Numbered from the stretch's first letter, positions 48,229 through 59,317 are shown. The stretch is 64,000 nucleotides of DNA from an uncultured Thiobacillus sp. (GCA_964393825.1 CAYMUY010000022.1:4074-68073); one strand, 5' to 3'. The notes: a model not told the origin generated them from the letters alone. Numbers and translations: made by a program.

Positions 48229-49332
48229 TCAGCCCTCGGCGTGTCCCGGAATGGCCGGGGTCGGACAGACCACGTCGGCGTTCTGCGCCCGCTGCCGCAG
48301 GGCGTGATCCATCAACACGATGGCCAGCATCGCCTCGGCGATGGGGGTGGCGCGGATGCCGACGCAGGGGTCGTGACGCCCCTGGGTGACCACTTCGATC
48401 GGCTCGCCCTGGCGGTTGATCGAGCGGCCGGGAATGCGTAGCGAGGACGTGGGCTTGATGGCGATGGAGGCGCTGATGTCCTGGCCGCTGGAAATGCCGC
48501 CGAGCACACCGCCGGCGTGGTTGGAGAGGAAGCCTTGCGGGGTCATCTCGTCGCGGTGCTCGGTGCCCAGTTGCGACACCACCGCGAAACCGTCGCCGAT
48601 TTCCACGCCCTTGACCGCGTTGATGCTCATCAAGGCATGCGCGAGATCGGCGTCGAGGCGGTCGTAGACCGGCTCACCCAGGCCCACCGGCACGTGCTCG
48701 GCGACCACGTTGATGCGGGCGCCGACCGAATCACCGGACTTGCGCAAATCATCCATGTACGCCTCGAGCGCCGGCACGGCGTCCGGGTCGGGCGCGAAAA
48801 AGGGGTTCTCCCGCACGCTGTCCCAGGTCTTGAACGGTACCGCGATGGGTCCGAGCTGGGCCAGGTAGCCGCGGATCACGGTACCGAACTTCTCGAACAG
48901 CCACTTCTTGGCGATCGCGCCCGCTGCCACCCGCACGGCGGTTTCCCGCGCCGAGGAACGGCCGCCACCACGAAAATCGCGGAACCCGTATTTCTGGTCG
49001 TAGGTGTAGTCGGCATGGCCGGGTCGAAAGGTCTCAGCGATGTTGCCGTAATCCTTGCTGCGCTGGTCCTCGTTGCGGATCAGGAGGGCGATGGGCGTCC
49101 CGGTGGTCCGCCCCCCGAACACGCCGGAGAGAATTTCCACCGTGTCCGATTCGCGCCGCTGGGTGACGTGACGGGACGTGCCCGGCTTGCGCCTGTCCAG
49201 ATCGTGCTGGATGTCCGCCTCGGTCAGGGCGAGCCCGGGCGGGCAACCATCCACCACACAGCCGATGCCGGGGCCATGCGACTCGCCGAAGGAGGTGACG
49301 GAGAAAACGAGACCGATCGAGTTACCTGACAT
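48229..49332 (-). CDS. aroC: chorismate synthase
   Basis: [24 protein letters not shown] start; full-length family match. Confidence 0.95.
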   Translation of the reverse strand: MSGNSIGLVFSVTSFGESHGPGIGCVVDGCPPGLALTEADIQHDLDRRKPGTSRHVTQRRESDTVEILSGVFGGRTTGTPIALLIRNEDQRSKDYGNIAETFRPGHADYTYDQKYGFRDFRGGGRSSARETAVRVAAGAIAKKWLFEKFGTVIRGYLAQLGPIAVPFKTWDSVRENPFFAPDPDAVPALEAYMDDLRKSGDSVGARINVVAEHVPVGLGEPVYDRLDADLAHALMSINAVKGVEIGDGFAVVSQLGTEHRDEMTPQGFLSNHAGGVLGGISSGQDISASIAIKPTSSLRIPGRSINRQGEPIEVVTQGRHDPCVGIRATPIAEAMLAIVLMDHALRQRAQNADVVCPTPAIPGHAEG

Positions 49333-49415
49333 GGTGGAAGCGTAAATAGATGAAGGTGCTAAATTTTAGCCCAAGGCCACCGTTATCCATTCACCGACTC
49401 GGGGAGCAAGCACAC

Positions 49416-50444
49416 ATGCCATGCCGAATGCGCATCATCTTGTTGCTGTGCCAGGCACTGCTGCTGTTCGGCTTGATCCATCCGGCCGGGGCGAACGCCG
49501 GCCCGCGCATCGTGATTGCCCTGCCCGGCCCGAATGTGGCGCCCTACCTGCCCATCGAGCTGATGCCGCGAATCGGGGCCGACCGCAAGGCAGGATTCCA
49601 GCTGGTCATGCGTCATTTCGGCGGCGGCCCCCTGGCGGTGAAAGACATGATCGATGGCAACAGCGATTTTGCCGGCGCCGGCATGCCGGCACTGGCCGGC
49701 ATCCGCCTGGCCAACCCAAGCCTGACCTCCATCGCCTCGCTGACCCTGGTCCCCGCCTACGTCCTGATGGTGCGGCGCGACCTGGGTGGCCGGATCCGCA
49801 CGATCGCCGACCTGCGCGGACGCAGCATCGGCACACATAGCAGCAGCAAGCAGGGCAAGTCCACGGCGCGCCAGATCGCGGAATACCTGCTCATGCGCAA
49901 TGGCGTCAGCCTCGACGAGGTGAATTTCCTGCATGCCGGCCAGAACCTGAACGACTACAGCGCCGCCCTGCGCTCGGGCATGGTCGATGCCATCGTGGTC
50001 AACGAACCGGCCGCCACCCTGCTGGAGCAACACCGGCTCGCCTGGCGCCTGGCCGATCTGCACGCCCCCAAGGTCGCGAAAGCGCACCTGGGCGGCCGCT
50101 TCCTCTACACCCAGGTCGCCGCCGACAGGAACACACTGCGCCGGCAGCCGGACAAGGCGCGCCTGTTCGTTCTCGCCCTGCAAGACACGCTGCGCTGGAT
50201 TGCCAGCCATGACGCCCGGGAGATCGTGGCGCGTCTGGACCTGCCCGAAGGCGAGAACAAACGCGCCCTGGAAGCCTACCTGGGCGCGCACAAGGACATC
50301 TACAGCCCGGATGGCGCCTTCAGCGAAGAGGCCCTGCGCAACAGCGAAGCCTTCTTCCACGCGGTCAGCGCCGGCAATCCGGCCGCGGCTGGTCTGCGCT
50401 ATGCCGATTCCATCGATAGCCGCTGGAGCGGGCATGGGCGCTGA
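49416..50444 (+). CDS. periplasmic substrate-binding protein (NMT1/SsuA-TauA-like fold)
   Basis: Signal peptide MPCRMRIILLLCQALLLFGLIHPAGANA and SBP-like body. The start could be 49416 or 49428. Confidence 0.65.
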   Translation: MPCRMRIILLLCQALLLFGLIHPAGANAGPRIVIALPGPNVAPYLPIELMPRIGADRKAGFQLVMRHFGGGPLAVKDMIDGNSDFAGAGMPALAGIRLANPSLTSIASLTLVPAYVLMVRRDLGGRIRTIADLRGRSIGTHSSSKQGKSTARQIAEYLLMRNGVSLDEVNFLHAGQNLNDYSAALRSGMVDAIVVNEPAATLLEQHRLAWRLADLHAPKVAKAHLGGRFLYTQVAADRNTLRRQPDKARLFVLALQDTLRWIASHDAREIVARLDLPEGENKRALEAYLGAHKDIYSPDGAFSEEALRNSEAFFHAVSAGNPAAAGLRYADSIDSRWSGHGR

Positions 50445-53103
50445 AGCCAGGGCCGACACGGCCCCGGTCGGGGACAGCCTCGCGCGCCAGGCCGGGCGCC
50501 GCGCGGCCGCGGTGTTCCTGATCATCGGCGGCCTCTCGACCGCCTTGTTCTCCCTGGCCTGGTATTACGCCAACACCGCCCTGCAACGTGAACAGTCGCA
50601 GCTCAACACGCAGGCCCTGCAGGCCAGGCTGGACACCCGCTACCAGGAATGGCGCCGCGAGGCCGAAGCGCTGGCGACCCAGATCGCCCTGACCCATATG
50701 CTGGATAGCGGCGACGAATACCGCTGGGACAAGCTGCGCGCCTATCTCAATGCCCTCGGCGAGGGGGCCCACTTCGATACCGTGGCGGTCGCCGACAGCG
50801 ACGGCGAGATGCGCTTCCGCCAGGGCGAAGATGTCGATGAACAGGCCATTGCCGTGGAGTTGAAGGGTGCCGACTGGTACTTCAGCAAATCCCATCAACA
50901 CCTGCACCGACTGCTACGCACGCCGATCTGGCTTGGCTTGCAAGGCAAGCATGGCACCCTGTACCTGCACCGGGCCATGGACAATCAGCTGCTGCGCGAC
51001 CTGGCCGGCCCCGGCATCGAACTGGCGCTGAGCATCGACGGCGAGATCCAGGCCAGCAGCGACGGCACCAGGGCGATCGGCACGACCTTGATACGGCCCC
51101 GGCAGGACGCGACGCACCACGATCTGCTCCTGGCGCCGCCGAACATCCGCCTGCATATCCAGCAGGCCCTGCCGCAAGCGGTCTCCCCGATGCAGTTCAT
51201 CGTGGCGGGAGGCGGCCTGGCGATCGCGCTGGGATTCGCGCTCTGGGCGGTGTTTGGCGCCTGGCTGCGCCGCACGGTGCAACGCGTGCGGGCGCTCACC
51301 CAGGCCGCCGATCAGTTCGGCCAGCGCCACCGGGTGGACAGCGAAATCAATACCGCCCTGGACCAGGCCGCCGGCGAACTGGATGAGGTCGGCGTCCTGC
51401 ACCTGCACCTGCGCGAATTGATGCGAGCCAGCGAGGAACGCGACGAGGAATCGCGCGCCTATCTGCAAACCCTGGACATGCTGGAGGAGGCCGTGGTCGA
51501 AATCGACCGGGAAGGCCGACTGCTGCGCACCTCTCCCGCCTGGGAAATCCTGAAGGACAGGGAAGCCGACGCCCGCGAGCTTTACCCCTGTTTCGACCCG
51601 GACGACCGGGAAGACCTGAAGCGGCAGCTCGCTCTGCTGTTCAGCGGCGAGAAAAACCTGCTCACCCTGCGTCTGCGCGCCGGCCAGTCGCGGCACACCA
51701 CGTCCTGGCTGGAATGCCGCTTCGTGCCGGTCGTCAGCGCCAACGGCGCCATCACGCGGGTCCGCGGGGTCTTGCGCGACATCACGCAGACCTACCTCCA
51801 GGAAAAGCACATCACCCACATGGCCCTGCACGACGCGCTCACCGGCCTGCCCAACCGCATCCTGCTGGAGGATCGCCTCAAGATCGCGCTGCGCCTCGCG
51901 GATCGCGAGCACACCCGGGTCGGCGTCGGCTTCATCGACCTGGACCACTTCAAGAACATCAACGACGCCCTCGGCCACAAGGCCGGGGACCAACTGCTGG
52001 TGGCCTTCGCCAGCGCCCTGCAGTCGGTGTTGCGCAGTGGCGACACGCTGGCGCGCTGGGGCGGCGACGAATTCGTGGTGTTGTTGCCCGACATGCCCGG
52101 GCAGGAAGAAATCCGCCATGTCGCGGAGAAACTCGCCGAATCCAGCCGCGAGCCGCTGCGCATCGTCGACCACGCCTTGCCGGTCACCTTCAGCATGGGC
52201 TTCACCGTCTTCCCCGACGACGGCGGCGAAGTCGAAGTCCTGCTGTCTCAAGCCGACCGCGCCATGTTCCACGCCAAATCCCAGGGCCGCAACATGGTGC
52301 AGTTCTATGCCGACATGACCCGAAAAGGGTTGGGCCGGAAAGACCTATATATCCAGACCCGGCTGGCCGCCGCCATCGACAGCGGCGCCATCCAGACCTG
52401 GTTCCAGCCCCTGGTCGACGCCCGCAGTCGCCGCGCCATCGGCCTCGAGGCGCTCGCCCGCTGGCATGACCCGGAGCTGGGCTGGGTGTCGCCCGCCACC
52501 TTCATCCCGATGGCGGAGAACCTCGGCCTGATCAGCGAACTGGGCGATCAGGTCCTCACCCATGCCCTCACGCTCGGCCGCGCCCTGGTGGATGAGGGTC
52601 GCGATCTGCTGCTGGCGGTCAACATGTCCAGACGCCAGCTGTTTCTCGCCCATTGCGTCGAGCACCTGTTGCATCAATCCCATCTGGCCGGTGTCGATCC
52701 CGGCCGCATCGTGCTGGAGATCACCGAAAGCGTGGCCATGTCCGATGTCGATTTCGCGGAGGCCCGCCTGCGGGCGCTGCACGCCGCCGGCTTCAAGCTG
52801 GCGGTGGACGACTTCGGCGTGGGTTATTCCTCGCTCTCGCAACTCCATGAGATGCCGGTGGACGAACTCAAGATCGACATTTCCTTCACCCGCCGCGCCC
52901 ACGAAACGCAGGGCGTTCGCCTGCTGCAGGCGATCGCCGGCATGGGCCAGGCCCTGCATCTGCGGGTCGTCGCGGAAGGCGTGGAAGACGGCGAGACCGC
53001 CGACCTGCTGGAACAACTCGGCATCCATTCCTTCCAGGGACGGTACTTCGGCGAACCCATGCCGATGCATGAGATCCTCGCGTGGCTCAAGGAGAGGGAT
53101 TAG
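50434..53103 (+). CDS. membrane sensor with periplasmic domain, PAS, GGDEF and EAL domains
   Basis: Two TM segments flank a loop of about 270 aa. RWGGDEFVVLL (GGDEF) and GLEALARW plus LEITES (EAL). ATG 50434 overlaps the SBP gene by 11 nt. Confidence 0.85.
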   Translation: MGAEARADTAPVGDSLARQAGRRAAAVFLIIGGLSTALFSLAWYYANTALQREQSQLNTQALQARLDTRYQEWRREAEALATQIALTHMLDSGDEYRWDKLRAYLNALGEGAHFDTVAVADSDGEMRFRQGEDVDEQAIAVELKGADWYFSKSHQHLHRLLRTPIWLGLQGKHGTLYLHRAMDNQLLRDLAGPGIELALSIDGEIQASSDGTRAIGTTLIRPRQDATHHDLLLAPPNIRLHIQQALPQAVSPMQFIVAGGGLAIALGFALWAVFGAWLRRTVQRVRALTQAADQFGQRHRVDSEINTALDQAAGELDEVGVLHLHLRELMRASEERDEESRAYLQTLDMLEEAVVEIDREGRLLRTSPAWEILKDREADARELYPCFDPDDREDLKRQLALLFSGEKNLLTLRLRAGQSRHTTSWLECRFVPVVSANGAITRVRGVLRDITQTYLQEKHITHMALHDALTGLPNRILLEDRLKIALRLADREHTRVGVGFIDLDHFKNINDALGHKAGDQLLVAFASALQSVLRSGDTLARWGGDEFVVLLPDMPGQEEIRHVAEKLAESSREPLRIVDHALPVTFSMGFTVFPDDGGEVEVLLSQADRAMFHAKSQGRNMVQFYADMTRKGLGRKDLYIQTRLAAAIDSGAIQTWFQPLVDARSRRAIGLEALARWHDPELGWVSPATFIPMAENLGLISELGDQVLTHALTLGRALVDEGRDLLLAVNMSRRQLFLAHCVEHLLHQSHLAGVDPGRIVLEITESVAMSDVDFAEARLRALHAAGFKLAVDDFGVGYSSLSQLHEMPVDELKIDISFTRRAHETQGVRLLQAIAGMGQALHLRVVAEGVEDGETADLLEQLGIHSFQGRYFGEPMPMHEILAWLKERD

Positions 53104-53302
53104 CGCACCGCAATCCGCACCATTCCGGTGCCGGGCGTGGTGCGCGCCATCCCCGCCGGGCAGGCGATCGGGCACGAACGGGCGGCGGCAACTGCGCCAA
53201 GCCCCTGATTACGCGGGACAGGAGCGCGCGCGCGGCCGACCACGCCAAGCGGGCGCAATTATTGCTGTATGGTAGCCACTGCCTCATCGGAACCGAACCA
53301 GC

Positions 53303-56300
53303 ATGAGTATTCGCGTCGCGATTCGCCACAAGACCCATTACCGCTACGACCGTCCCGTCCACATGGCGCCGCATGTCCTGCGCCTGCGCCCGGCGCCGCA
53401 CAGTCGCACGCCCATCCTCGGCTACGCGTTGCGCATCCTGCCGGAGAAGCATTTCATCAACTGGCAGCAAGATCCTTTTGGCAACTTCCTGGCGCGCCTG
53501 GTCTTCCCGGACAAGACCACGCATTTCGACATCGAGGTGGAGGTGATCGCGGACATGACCGTGATCAATCCCTTCGATTTCTTCCTGGAGGAATACGCCG
53601 AGAAATACCCCTTCGCCTACGACAGGCAGCTAGCGAAGGAACTCACCCCCTACTTCGAGAAAGTGGAAGCCGGTCCGCGCCTGCTGGACTGGTTGCGGGG
53701 CGTCGACCGCAGCGAGCGGCCCACCCAGAACTTTCTGGTCGAACTCAACCAGAGGGTCTGGAAAGACCTGAAATACAACATCCGCATGGAACCCGGGGTG
53801 CAGACCTGCGAGGAAACCCTGGAACGGGCCTGCGGCTCCTGCCGCGACAGCGCCTGGCTGCTGGTGCAGATCCTGCGTCACCTCGGCCTGGCGGCGCGCT
53901 TCGTCTCCGGCTATCTGGTGCAACTCACCGCCGATGTGAAATCGCTCGACGGTCCCTCCGGCCCGGAAGCGGATTTCACCGACCTGCACGCCTGGGCCGA
54001 GGTCTACGTGCCCGGTGCCGGCTGGATCGGCCTTGACCCCACCTCCGGTTTGTTCGCCGGGGAGAACCATATCCCTCTGGCCTGCACGCCCGACCCGGTC
54101 AGTGCGGCGCCGGTCACCGGGGCGACGGACAAGTGCGAGGTCAGTTTCAGCTTCGAGAACACCGTCACCCGCATTCATGAAGACCCGCGCGTGACCAAAC
54201 CCTACCGCGACGACCAGTGGGCGGCCATCGATGCTCTCGGTCGCGCGGTGGACACGAAACTGCGGGAGTACGACGTACGCCTGACCATGGGTGGCGAACC
54301 CACCTTCGTCTCCATCGACGACATGGAATCGGCGCAGTGGAACAACGCCGCGCTGGGCCAGCACAAACTGGAACGCGCACAGGATCTCTGGAACCGCCTC
54401 GGCCGCCACTTCGCGCCGAATGGCCTGAAATTCTCCGGCCAGGGCAAGTGGTATCCGGGTGAGCCGCTGCCGCGCTGGGCGCTGGGCATCTTCTGGCGCA
54501 CCGACGGCGTGCCGCTGTGGAAGAACCCCGCACTGCTGGCCGACGAGGGCAAGTCCTACGGCCACTCCACCGCCACCGCCGCGGCCTTCATGGATGCGCT
54601 CTGCGGCCGCCTCGGCCTGCCCTACGCCTATATCCAGGCCGGCTATGAAGATGCCCTGCATTACCTGCTGAAGGAAGCGGAGCACCCCGCCAACCTCGAC
54701 CCGACCCGGATCGACCTGAAAGATCCGCAGGCACGTCGCAGCCTGGCCGACAAGCTCTCGCGCGGCCTCGACGAAGCCGTGGGCTACGTCCTGCCCATCG
54801 CCTGGAATGACCTCGAACACACCTGGACCAGCAGTCTCTGGAATTTCCGCCGCGGCCGCCTCTATCTCGTCCCCGGCGACTCGCCGATGGGATTGCGCCT
54901 GCCGCTGGACAGCCTGCCCTGGGTCGCCGAGGCGGAGCGCGAGACACCGTGGCCGCTGGACATGTTCGCACCGCGCGGCGAACTGCCGGATGGCACGGGC
55001 GAGATCGCGCAACGCTATTCGCTGTTCCAGCCGGAGGAAAAGCCGCACCCGGAGATCCAGGAACAGGCGCTGGCCGGCCAGCGCGGCGGCCCCGTCAAGG
55101 TCATCCACACGGCCCTGTGCGTGGAAGCGCGCGGCGGGGTGGTGCGCGTGTTCATGCCGCCGCTGTCCACCCTGGAGAATTACCTCGACCTCACCGCCGC
55201 GATCGAACAGGTCGCCTCCCGGTTCGACACCCCGGTGATCCTGGAAGGCTACGAGCCCCCGCGCGACTGGCGCCTGCAGCGCCTGATGGTCACCCCGGAC
55301 CCCGGCGTCATCGAGGTCAACATCCACCCCGCGAACAACTGGGAGGAGTGGGTCGAGAACACCCGCGTGCTCTATGAGGAAGCCCGCCTGGCGCGGCTGA
55401 CCACCGAGAAATTCATGCTCGACGGCCGCCACACCGGCACCGGCGGCGGCAACCACGTCACCCTGGGCGGCGCCACTCCGGCCGATAGCCCGATGTTGCG
55501 GCGGCCCGACCTGGTGATGAGCCTGGTCACCTACTGGCAACACCACCCCGGCCTTTCCTACCTGTTCTCCGGCATGTTCATCGGCCCCACCAGCCAGGCG
55601 CCACGCGTCGACGAGGGGCGTGACGAGAAGCTCTATGAACTGGAAATCGCCTTCCAGCAGATGCCGGAAGTACAACCCGGCGGGGAAACCAGCCAGCTCT
55701 GGCTGGTGGACCGTCTGTTGCGCAACCTGCTGGTCGATCTGACCGGCAACACGCATCGCTCCGAGTTCTCCATCGACAAGCTCTACTCGCCGGACAGCCC
55801 GACCGGACGCCTGGGCCTGGTGGAGTTTCGCGGCTTCGAAATGCCGCCGCACTGGCAGATGAGCGCCACGCAGGCACTGCTGCTGCGTATCCTGGTCGCG
55901 CGCTTCTGGGATAAGCCGTACCGCCACAAACTGGTGCGCTGGGGCACCGAACTGCACGACCGCTTCATGCTGCCGCATTACGTGCGCGCCGACCTGCTCG
56001 ACGTGGTGCGCGACCTCCAGGCCTCCGGCTACCCCTACCAGGCCGACTGGCTCGACCCCTACGTCGAGTTCCGCTTCCCGCGCATCGGCACGGTGCAGAT
56101 CGACGACATCGAAATCGAACTGAGGACTGCCATCGAACCCTGGCACGTGCTCGGCGAGGAACTGTCCAACGTCGGTACCGCCCGCTTCGTCGACTCGTCG
56201 GTGGAACGGGTCCAGGTGCGGGTGACCGGCCTGACCGAAGGCCGCTATGTGGTCGCCTGCAATGGCCGCCGGGTGCCGCTGCGTTCCACCGGCCGCCACG

Positions 56301-56686
56301 GCGAGTTCGTCGCCGGCATCCGCTACCGCGCCTGGCAGCCTCCCTCGGCGCTGCATCCGACCATCGGTGTCCACACCCCCCTGGTGATCGACCTGATCGA
56401 TACCTGGACCGGCAAGGCCGTCGGTGGCTGCGCCTACCACGTCAGCCATCCGGGCGGGCGCAGTTACGACGTCTTCCCGATCAATGCCTTCGAGGCCGAG
56501 TCGCGCCGCGTCAACCGCTATCAGGACTGGAACCACACGCCAGGACCGCTGCCGGTGCCGGCCGAACTCGCCCGCCTGGACAAGTTCGTCCCCAGCGGCA
56601 GCGGTCTCAAGCCGATGGCGCCGCCGCCGGAAGAGCCCACTCACGAGTATCCATACACGCTGGATCTGCGGAGAAAACCGGAGTGA
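53303..56686 (+). CDS. large transglutaminase-family protein with DUF2126-type C-terminal region
   Basis: 1127 aa. N-terminus MSIRVAIRHKTHYRYDRPV, TGase core CGSCRDSAWLLVQILRHLGLAARFVSGYL, and HAWAEVYVPGAGWIGLDPTSG (Cys-His-Asp). Confidence 0.8.
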   Translation: MSIRVAIRHKTHYRYDRPVHMAPHVLRLRPAPHSRTPILGYALRILPEKHFINWQQDPFGNFLARLVFPDKTTHFDIEVEVIADMTVINPFDFFLEEYAEKYPFAYDRQLAKELTPYFEKVEAGPRLLDWLRGVDRSERPTQNFLVELNQRVWKDLKYNIRMEPGVQTCEETLERACGSCRDSAWLLVQILRHLGLAARFVSGYLVQLTADVKSLDGPSGPEADFTDLHAWAEVYVPGAGWIGLDPTSGLFAGENHIPLACTPDPVSAAPVTGATDKCEVSFSFENTVTRIHEDPRVTKPYRDDQWAAIDALGRAVDTKLREYDVRLTMGGEPTFVSIDDMESAQWNNAALGQHKLERAQDLWNRLGRHFAPNGLKFSGQGKWYPGEPLPRWALGIFWRTDGVPLWKNPALLADEGKSYGHSTATAAAFMDALCGRLGLPYAYIQAGYEDALHYLLKEAEHPANLDPTRIDLKDPQARRSLADKLSRGLDEAVGYVLPIAWNDLEHTWTSSLWNFRRGRLYLVPGDSPMGLRLPLDSLPWVAEAERETPWPLDMFAPRGELPDGTGEIAQRYSLFQPEEKPHPEIQEQALAGQRGGPVKVIHTALCVEARGGVVRVFMPPLSTLENYLDLTAAIEQVASRFDTPVILEGYEPPRDWRLQRLMVTPDPGVIEVNIHPANNWEEWVENTRVLYEEARLARLTTEKFMLDGRHTGTGGGNHVTLGGATPADSPMLRRPDLVMSLVTYWQHHPGLSYLFSGMFIGPTSQAPRVDEGRDEKLYELEIAFQQMPEVQPGGETSQLWLVDRLLRNLLVDLTGNTHRSEFSIDKLYSPDSPTGRLGLVEFRGFEMPPHWQMSATQALLLRILVARFWDKPYRHKLVRWGTELHDRFMLPHYVRADLLDVVRDLQASGYPYQADWLDPYVEFRFPRIGTVQIDDIEIELRTAIEPWHVLGEELSNVGTARFVDSSVERVQVRVTGLTEGRYVVACNGRRVPLRSTGRHGEFVAGIRYRAWQPPSALHPTIGVHTPLVIDLIDTWTGKAVGGCAYHVSHPGGRSYDVFPINAFEAESRRVNRYQDWNHTPGPLPVPAELARLDKFVPSGSGLKPMAPPPEEPTHEYPYTLDLRRKPE

Positions 56687-56693
56687 TGGCCGG

Positions 56694-56734
56694 GTAGCGC
56701 CGGCGTCCCGCCGGCGGTCTTCGGATGCCGGCGG
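56694..56734. repeat. REP-like element (copy 3) with adjacent 8-bp hairpin
   Basis: gtagcgccggc at 56694-56704, then ccgccggc (56708-56715) paired with gccggcgg (56727-56734). Located in the 93-nt spacer between the TGase and ATP-grasp genes. Confidence 0.6.
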
Positions 56735-56779
56735 CGATGACCGCACCACGCGGACAGGTTGCTTGAGTAGTATTCGACC

Positions 56780-59317
56780 ATGACCCAGCTTTCCCTGCTC
56801 ACCCCCGCCTCCAGCTACCACCCTCTGCCCGGCACCTGGGATGAAATGTGGGACGGCGAATCCGGTGTCCGCCCGCACTGGCGCCATCTGGTCAAGGGCC
56901 TGGCCGGTCTCGGCGCGGCCGAGTGGGCGGCGCGCGGTCAACGCATCGCGCGGCTGCTGCGCGAGAACGGCGTCACCTATCACGTCTACAGCGACCCGCG
57001 CGGCTTCAGCCGCACCTGGGAGCTCGACCCGATCCCGCTGGTGCTGGACGGCAACGAGTGGCTGTCCATCGCCACCGGGCTGGAACAGCGCGCGCATCTG
57101 CTCGACCTGCTCCTGCGCGACCTGTATGGCGAGCAGAACGTACTCAAGCGGGGCCTGCTGCCGCCCGAACTGGTCTACCAGCACAGCGGCTACCTGCGCC
57201 CGATGATCGGCGCGTTGAACCCCGGCCAGCGGCAACTGGTGCTCTACGCGGCGGACATTTCCCGTGGCCCCGATGGCCAGGTCTGGGTGACCGCGGATCG
57301 CGCGCAATCGCCCTCCGGCATCGGCTATGCCCTGGAAAACCGCGCGGCGATGGCGCGGACCTTCCCGGAACTCCTGGAAGACGCCGGCGTCGCCAAGCTC
57401 AATCATTGGCTGGAAGCGATGCGCTCGACCCTGGCGTCCCTGTCGCCGAGCACGTCCCTGCATCCCCATGTGGTGGTCTTCACTCCCGGCCCGGCCAACG
57501 AAACCTATTTCGAACACGCCTACCTGGCCGCGCGCATGGGCTTCACCCTGGCCCAGGGCGACGACCTCACCGTGCGCGATGGCCGCGTCTGGCTGAAGGC
57601 GGTCTCCGGCCTGAAGCCGGTGGACGTGATCCTGCGCCGGGTCGACGAAGACTGGTGCGATCCGCTGGAATTGCGCCAGGACTCGCGCCTGGGTAGCGCC
57701 GGACTGATCGAAGCGGTGCGACGCGGCACGGTGGCGATGGCCAACCCGCCCGGCGCCGGGCTGCTGGAAAACCCCGCCCTGATGCCCTTCCTGCCGGCGC
57801 TGGCCAAAGCCCTGCTGGGCGAGGACCTGAAACTGCCCACCGCCGCCACCTGGTGGTGCGGGCAGAAGCGGGAATGCGAGTATGTGCTGGCAAACCTGTC
57901 GAGCCTGGTGCTGAAACCGATCGCCCGCGGCATGAGCAGCGAGACCGTTCTGGGTGCTGCGCTGGATCGCCGGCAACTCGCCGCCTGGCGCGAGCGCATC
58001 CGCGCGCGGCCGCATCTCTACGTCGGTCAGCAACCGCTGGCGCTCTCCACCGCGCCGGGATTGCAGGCGCACCAGGTGGTGCCCCTGCGCATGAGCCTGC
58101 GTGCGTTCCTCACCAGCCATGACGACGGCTATGTCGCCATGCCCGGCGGTCTCACCCGCTGCGGGATCGATGCCTTGCTCTCCGGCCAGAGCGGCGCCCT
58201 GTCGAAGGACACCTGGGTCACGCCGGGGCCACCGAAGCCGGTCACCTCGAGCTGGCACCTGCTGGCCACGGCGAGACCGGAATCGGAAATCCTCACCAGC
58301 CGGGCGGCGGACAACCTGTTCTGGGCGGGCCGCTACCTGGAACGCGCGGAAGGCGTCGCGCGCCTGCTGCGCACCCTGCTCGACGGCCTCTGGGAGGAGG
58401 AAACCACCCCCGGCCTGGAACCGGTGCGGGCGGCCCTGATGCGGCTGATCGGCCAGGCGACGGCCGGCTCCGGCGATGCCAGCCAGCGACACCAGACCCT
58501 CAGCCTGGCTGACGAGATGCACGACCTGCTTACGCGAGAGGAACACCCCGGCAATCTCGCCGACTCCGTGCGCGCCTTCCTCGGCTGCGCCTACAGCACC
58601 CGCGAATACTGGTCGGTGGCGATCTGGCGTTTACTCGACCGCATCGAGCATGACTGGATCAAGCGCCCTCGCCACCGCAACCGGGGGAATGAACGCAGCG
58701 ATCTCTGGCTGGGCCGGCTCATCGACACCCTGGCCGGATTCGCCGGCCTCGCCTCGGAAACCCTGGCACACGCAGATGCGTTTCGCTTCTTCGACCTGGG
58801 CCGCCGCATCGAACGCGGCCTCACCGCCAGTACGGTACTCACCTGCATCCTGGAATCGGAACTGACCGACGAAGCCGAGCGGGAAAGCCTGTCGCTGGTG
58901 CTGCAGACCGCCGACAGCCTGGTCACCTTCCGCCGCCGCTACCGCAGCGAACCCTTCCTTGGTGGCGTTCTCGAACTGCTGCTCTGGGATAGCGGCAGCC
59001 CGCGGGCACTGATCTACCAGCTCCATACCGCGCGCCTGCACCTGGCCGCACTGATATCGCCGCAGCAAAACTGCCAGGGCGAGGACCGGATACACGCGGC
59101 GCAGACCCGGCTGACCAATGGCAGATCCAACGTGGTGACGCTCTCTCCGGAACCGGAAACGCGCGTCCGCCTGATCCAGCTGCTCGGCGACATCAATGTC
59201 GATCTCTATCGCGCCTCCGACGCCATCACCCAGACCTGGTTCACCCACGCACAGGAACTGCACGCCCTCAGCGCCGAATCACAATCCAGCGGCGAAACCG
59301 AGTCGATGAGCGCATGA
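56780..59317 (+). CDS. circularly permuted ATP-grasp (type 2) fused to an alpha-E domain
   Basis: 845 aa. Recognised by overall family resemblance and by its invariant position between the two transglutaminase-family genes. Confidence 0.7.
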   Translation: MTQLSLLTPASSYHPLPGTWDEMWDGESGVRPHWRHLVKGLAGLGAAEWAARGQRIARLLRENGVTYHVYSDPRGFSRTWELDPIPLVLDGNEWLSIATGLEQRAHLLDLLLRDLYGEQNVLKRGLLPPELVYQHSGYLRPMIGALNPGQRQLVLYAADISRGPDGQVWVTADRAQSPSGIGYALENRAAMARTFPELLEDAGVAKLNHWLEAMRSTLASLSPSTSLHPHVVVFTPGPANETYFEHAYLAARMGFTLAQGDDLTVRDGRVWLKAVSGLKPVDVILRRVDEDWCDPLELRQDSRLGSAGLIEAVRRGTVAMANPPGAGLLENPALMPFLPALAKALLGEDLKLPTAATWWCGQKRECEYVLANLSSLVLKPIARGMSSETVLGAALDRRQLAAWRERIRARPHLYVGQQPLALSTAPGLQAHQVVPLRMSLRAFLTSHDDGYVAMPGGLTRCGIDALLSGQSGALSKDTWVTPGPPKPVTSSWHLLATARPESEILTSRAADNLFWAGRYLERAEGVARLLRTLLDGLWEEETTPGLEPVRAALMRLIGQATAGSGDASQRHQTLSLADEMHDLLTREEHPGNLADSVRAFLGCAYSTREYWSVAIWRLLDRIEHDWIKRPRHRNRGNERSDLWLGRLIDTLAGFAGLASETLAHADAFRFFDLGRRIERGLTASTVLTCILESELTDEAERESLSLVLQTADSLVTFRRRYRSEPFLGGVLELLLWDSGSPRALIYQLHTARLHLAALISPQQNCQGEDRIHAAQTRLTNGRSNVVTLSPEPETRVRLIQLLGDINVDLYRASDAITQTWFTHAQELHALSAESQSSGETESMSA

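Noticed and set aside
49987-50433. Upstream extension of the GGDEF-EAL ORF
   Set aside because: It overlaps the SBP gene in another frame and is Pro/Arg/Ala-rich. ATG 50434 precedes the first TM segment.
57693-57702. Near-copy of the REP core (gtagcgccgg) inside the ATP-grasp gene
   Set aside because: It is only 10 nt, is in frame as Gly-Ser-Ala-Gly codons, and has no inverted partner. It is probably chance.
53630-58546. Very long (1638-aa) - strand ORF spanning two + strand genes and their spacer
   Set aside because: It is codon-aligned antisense to genes 53303-56686 and 56780-59317, which share one frame. In such GC-rich genes, sense codons ending in A (TTA, CTA, TCA) are rare, so the mirror frame seldom meets a stop. 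The translation is Arg/Ala/Gly/Pro-rich with no motif. It is a shadow ORF.
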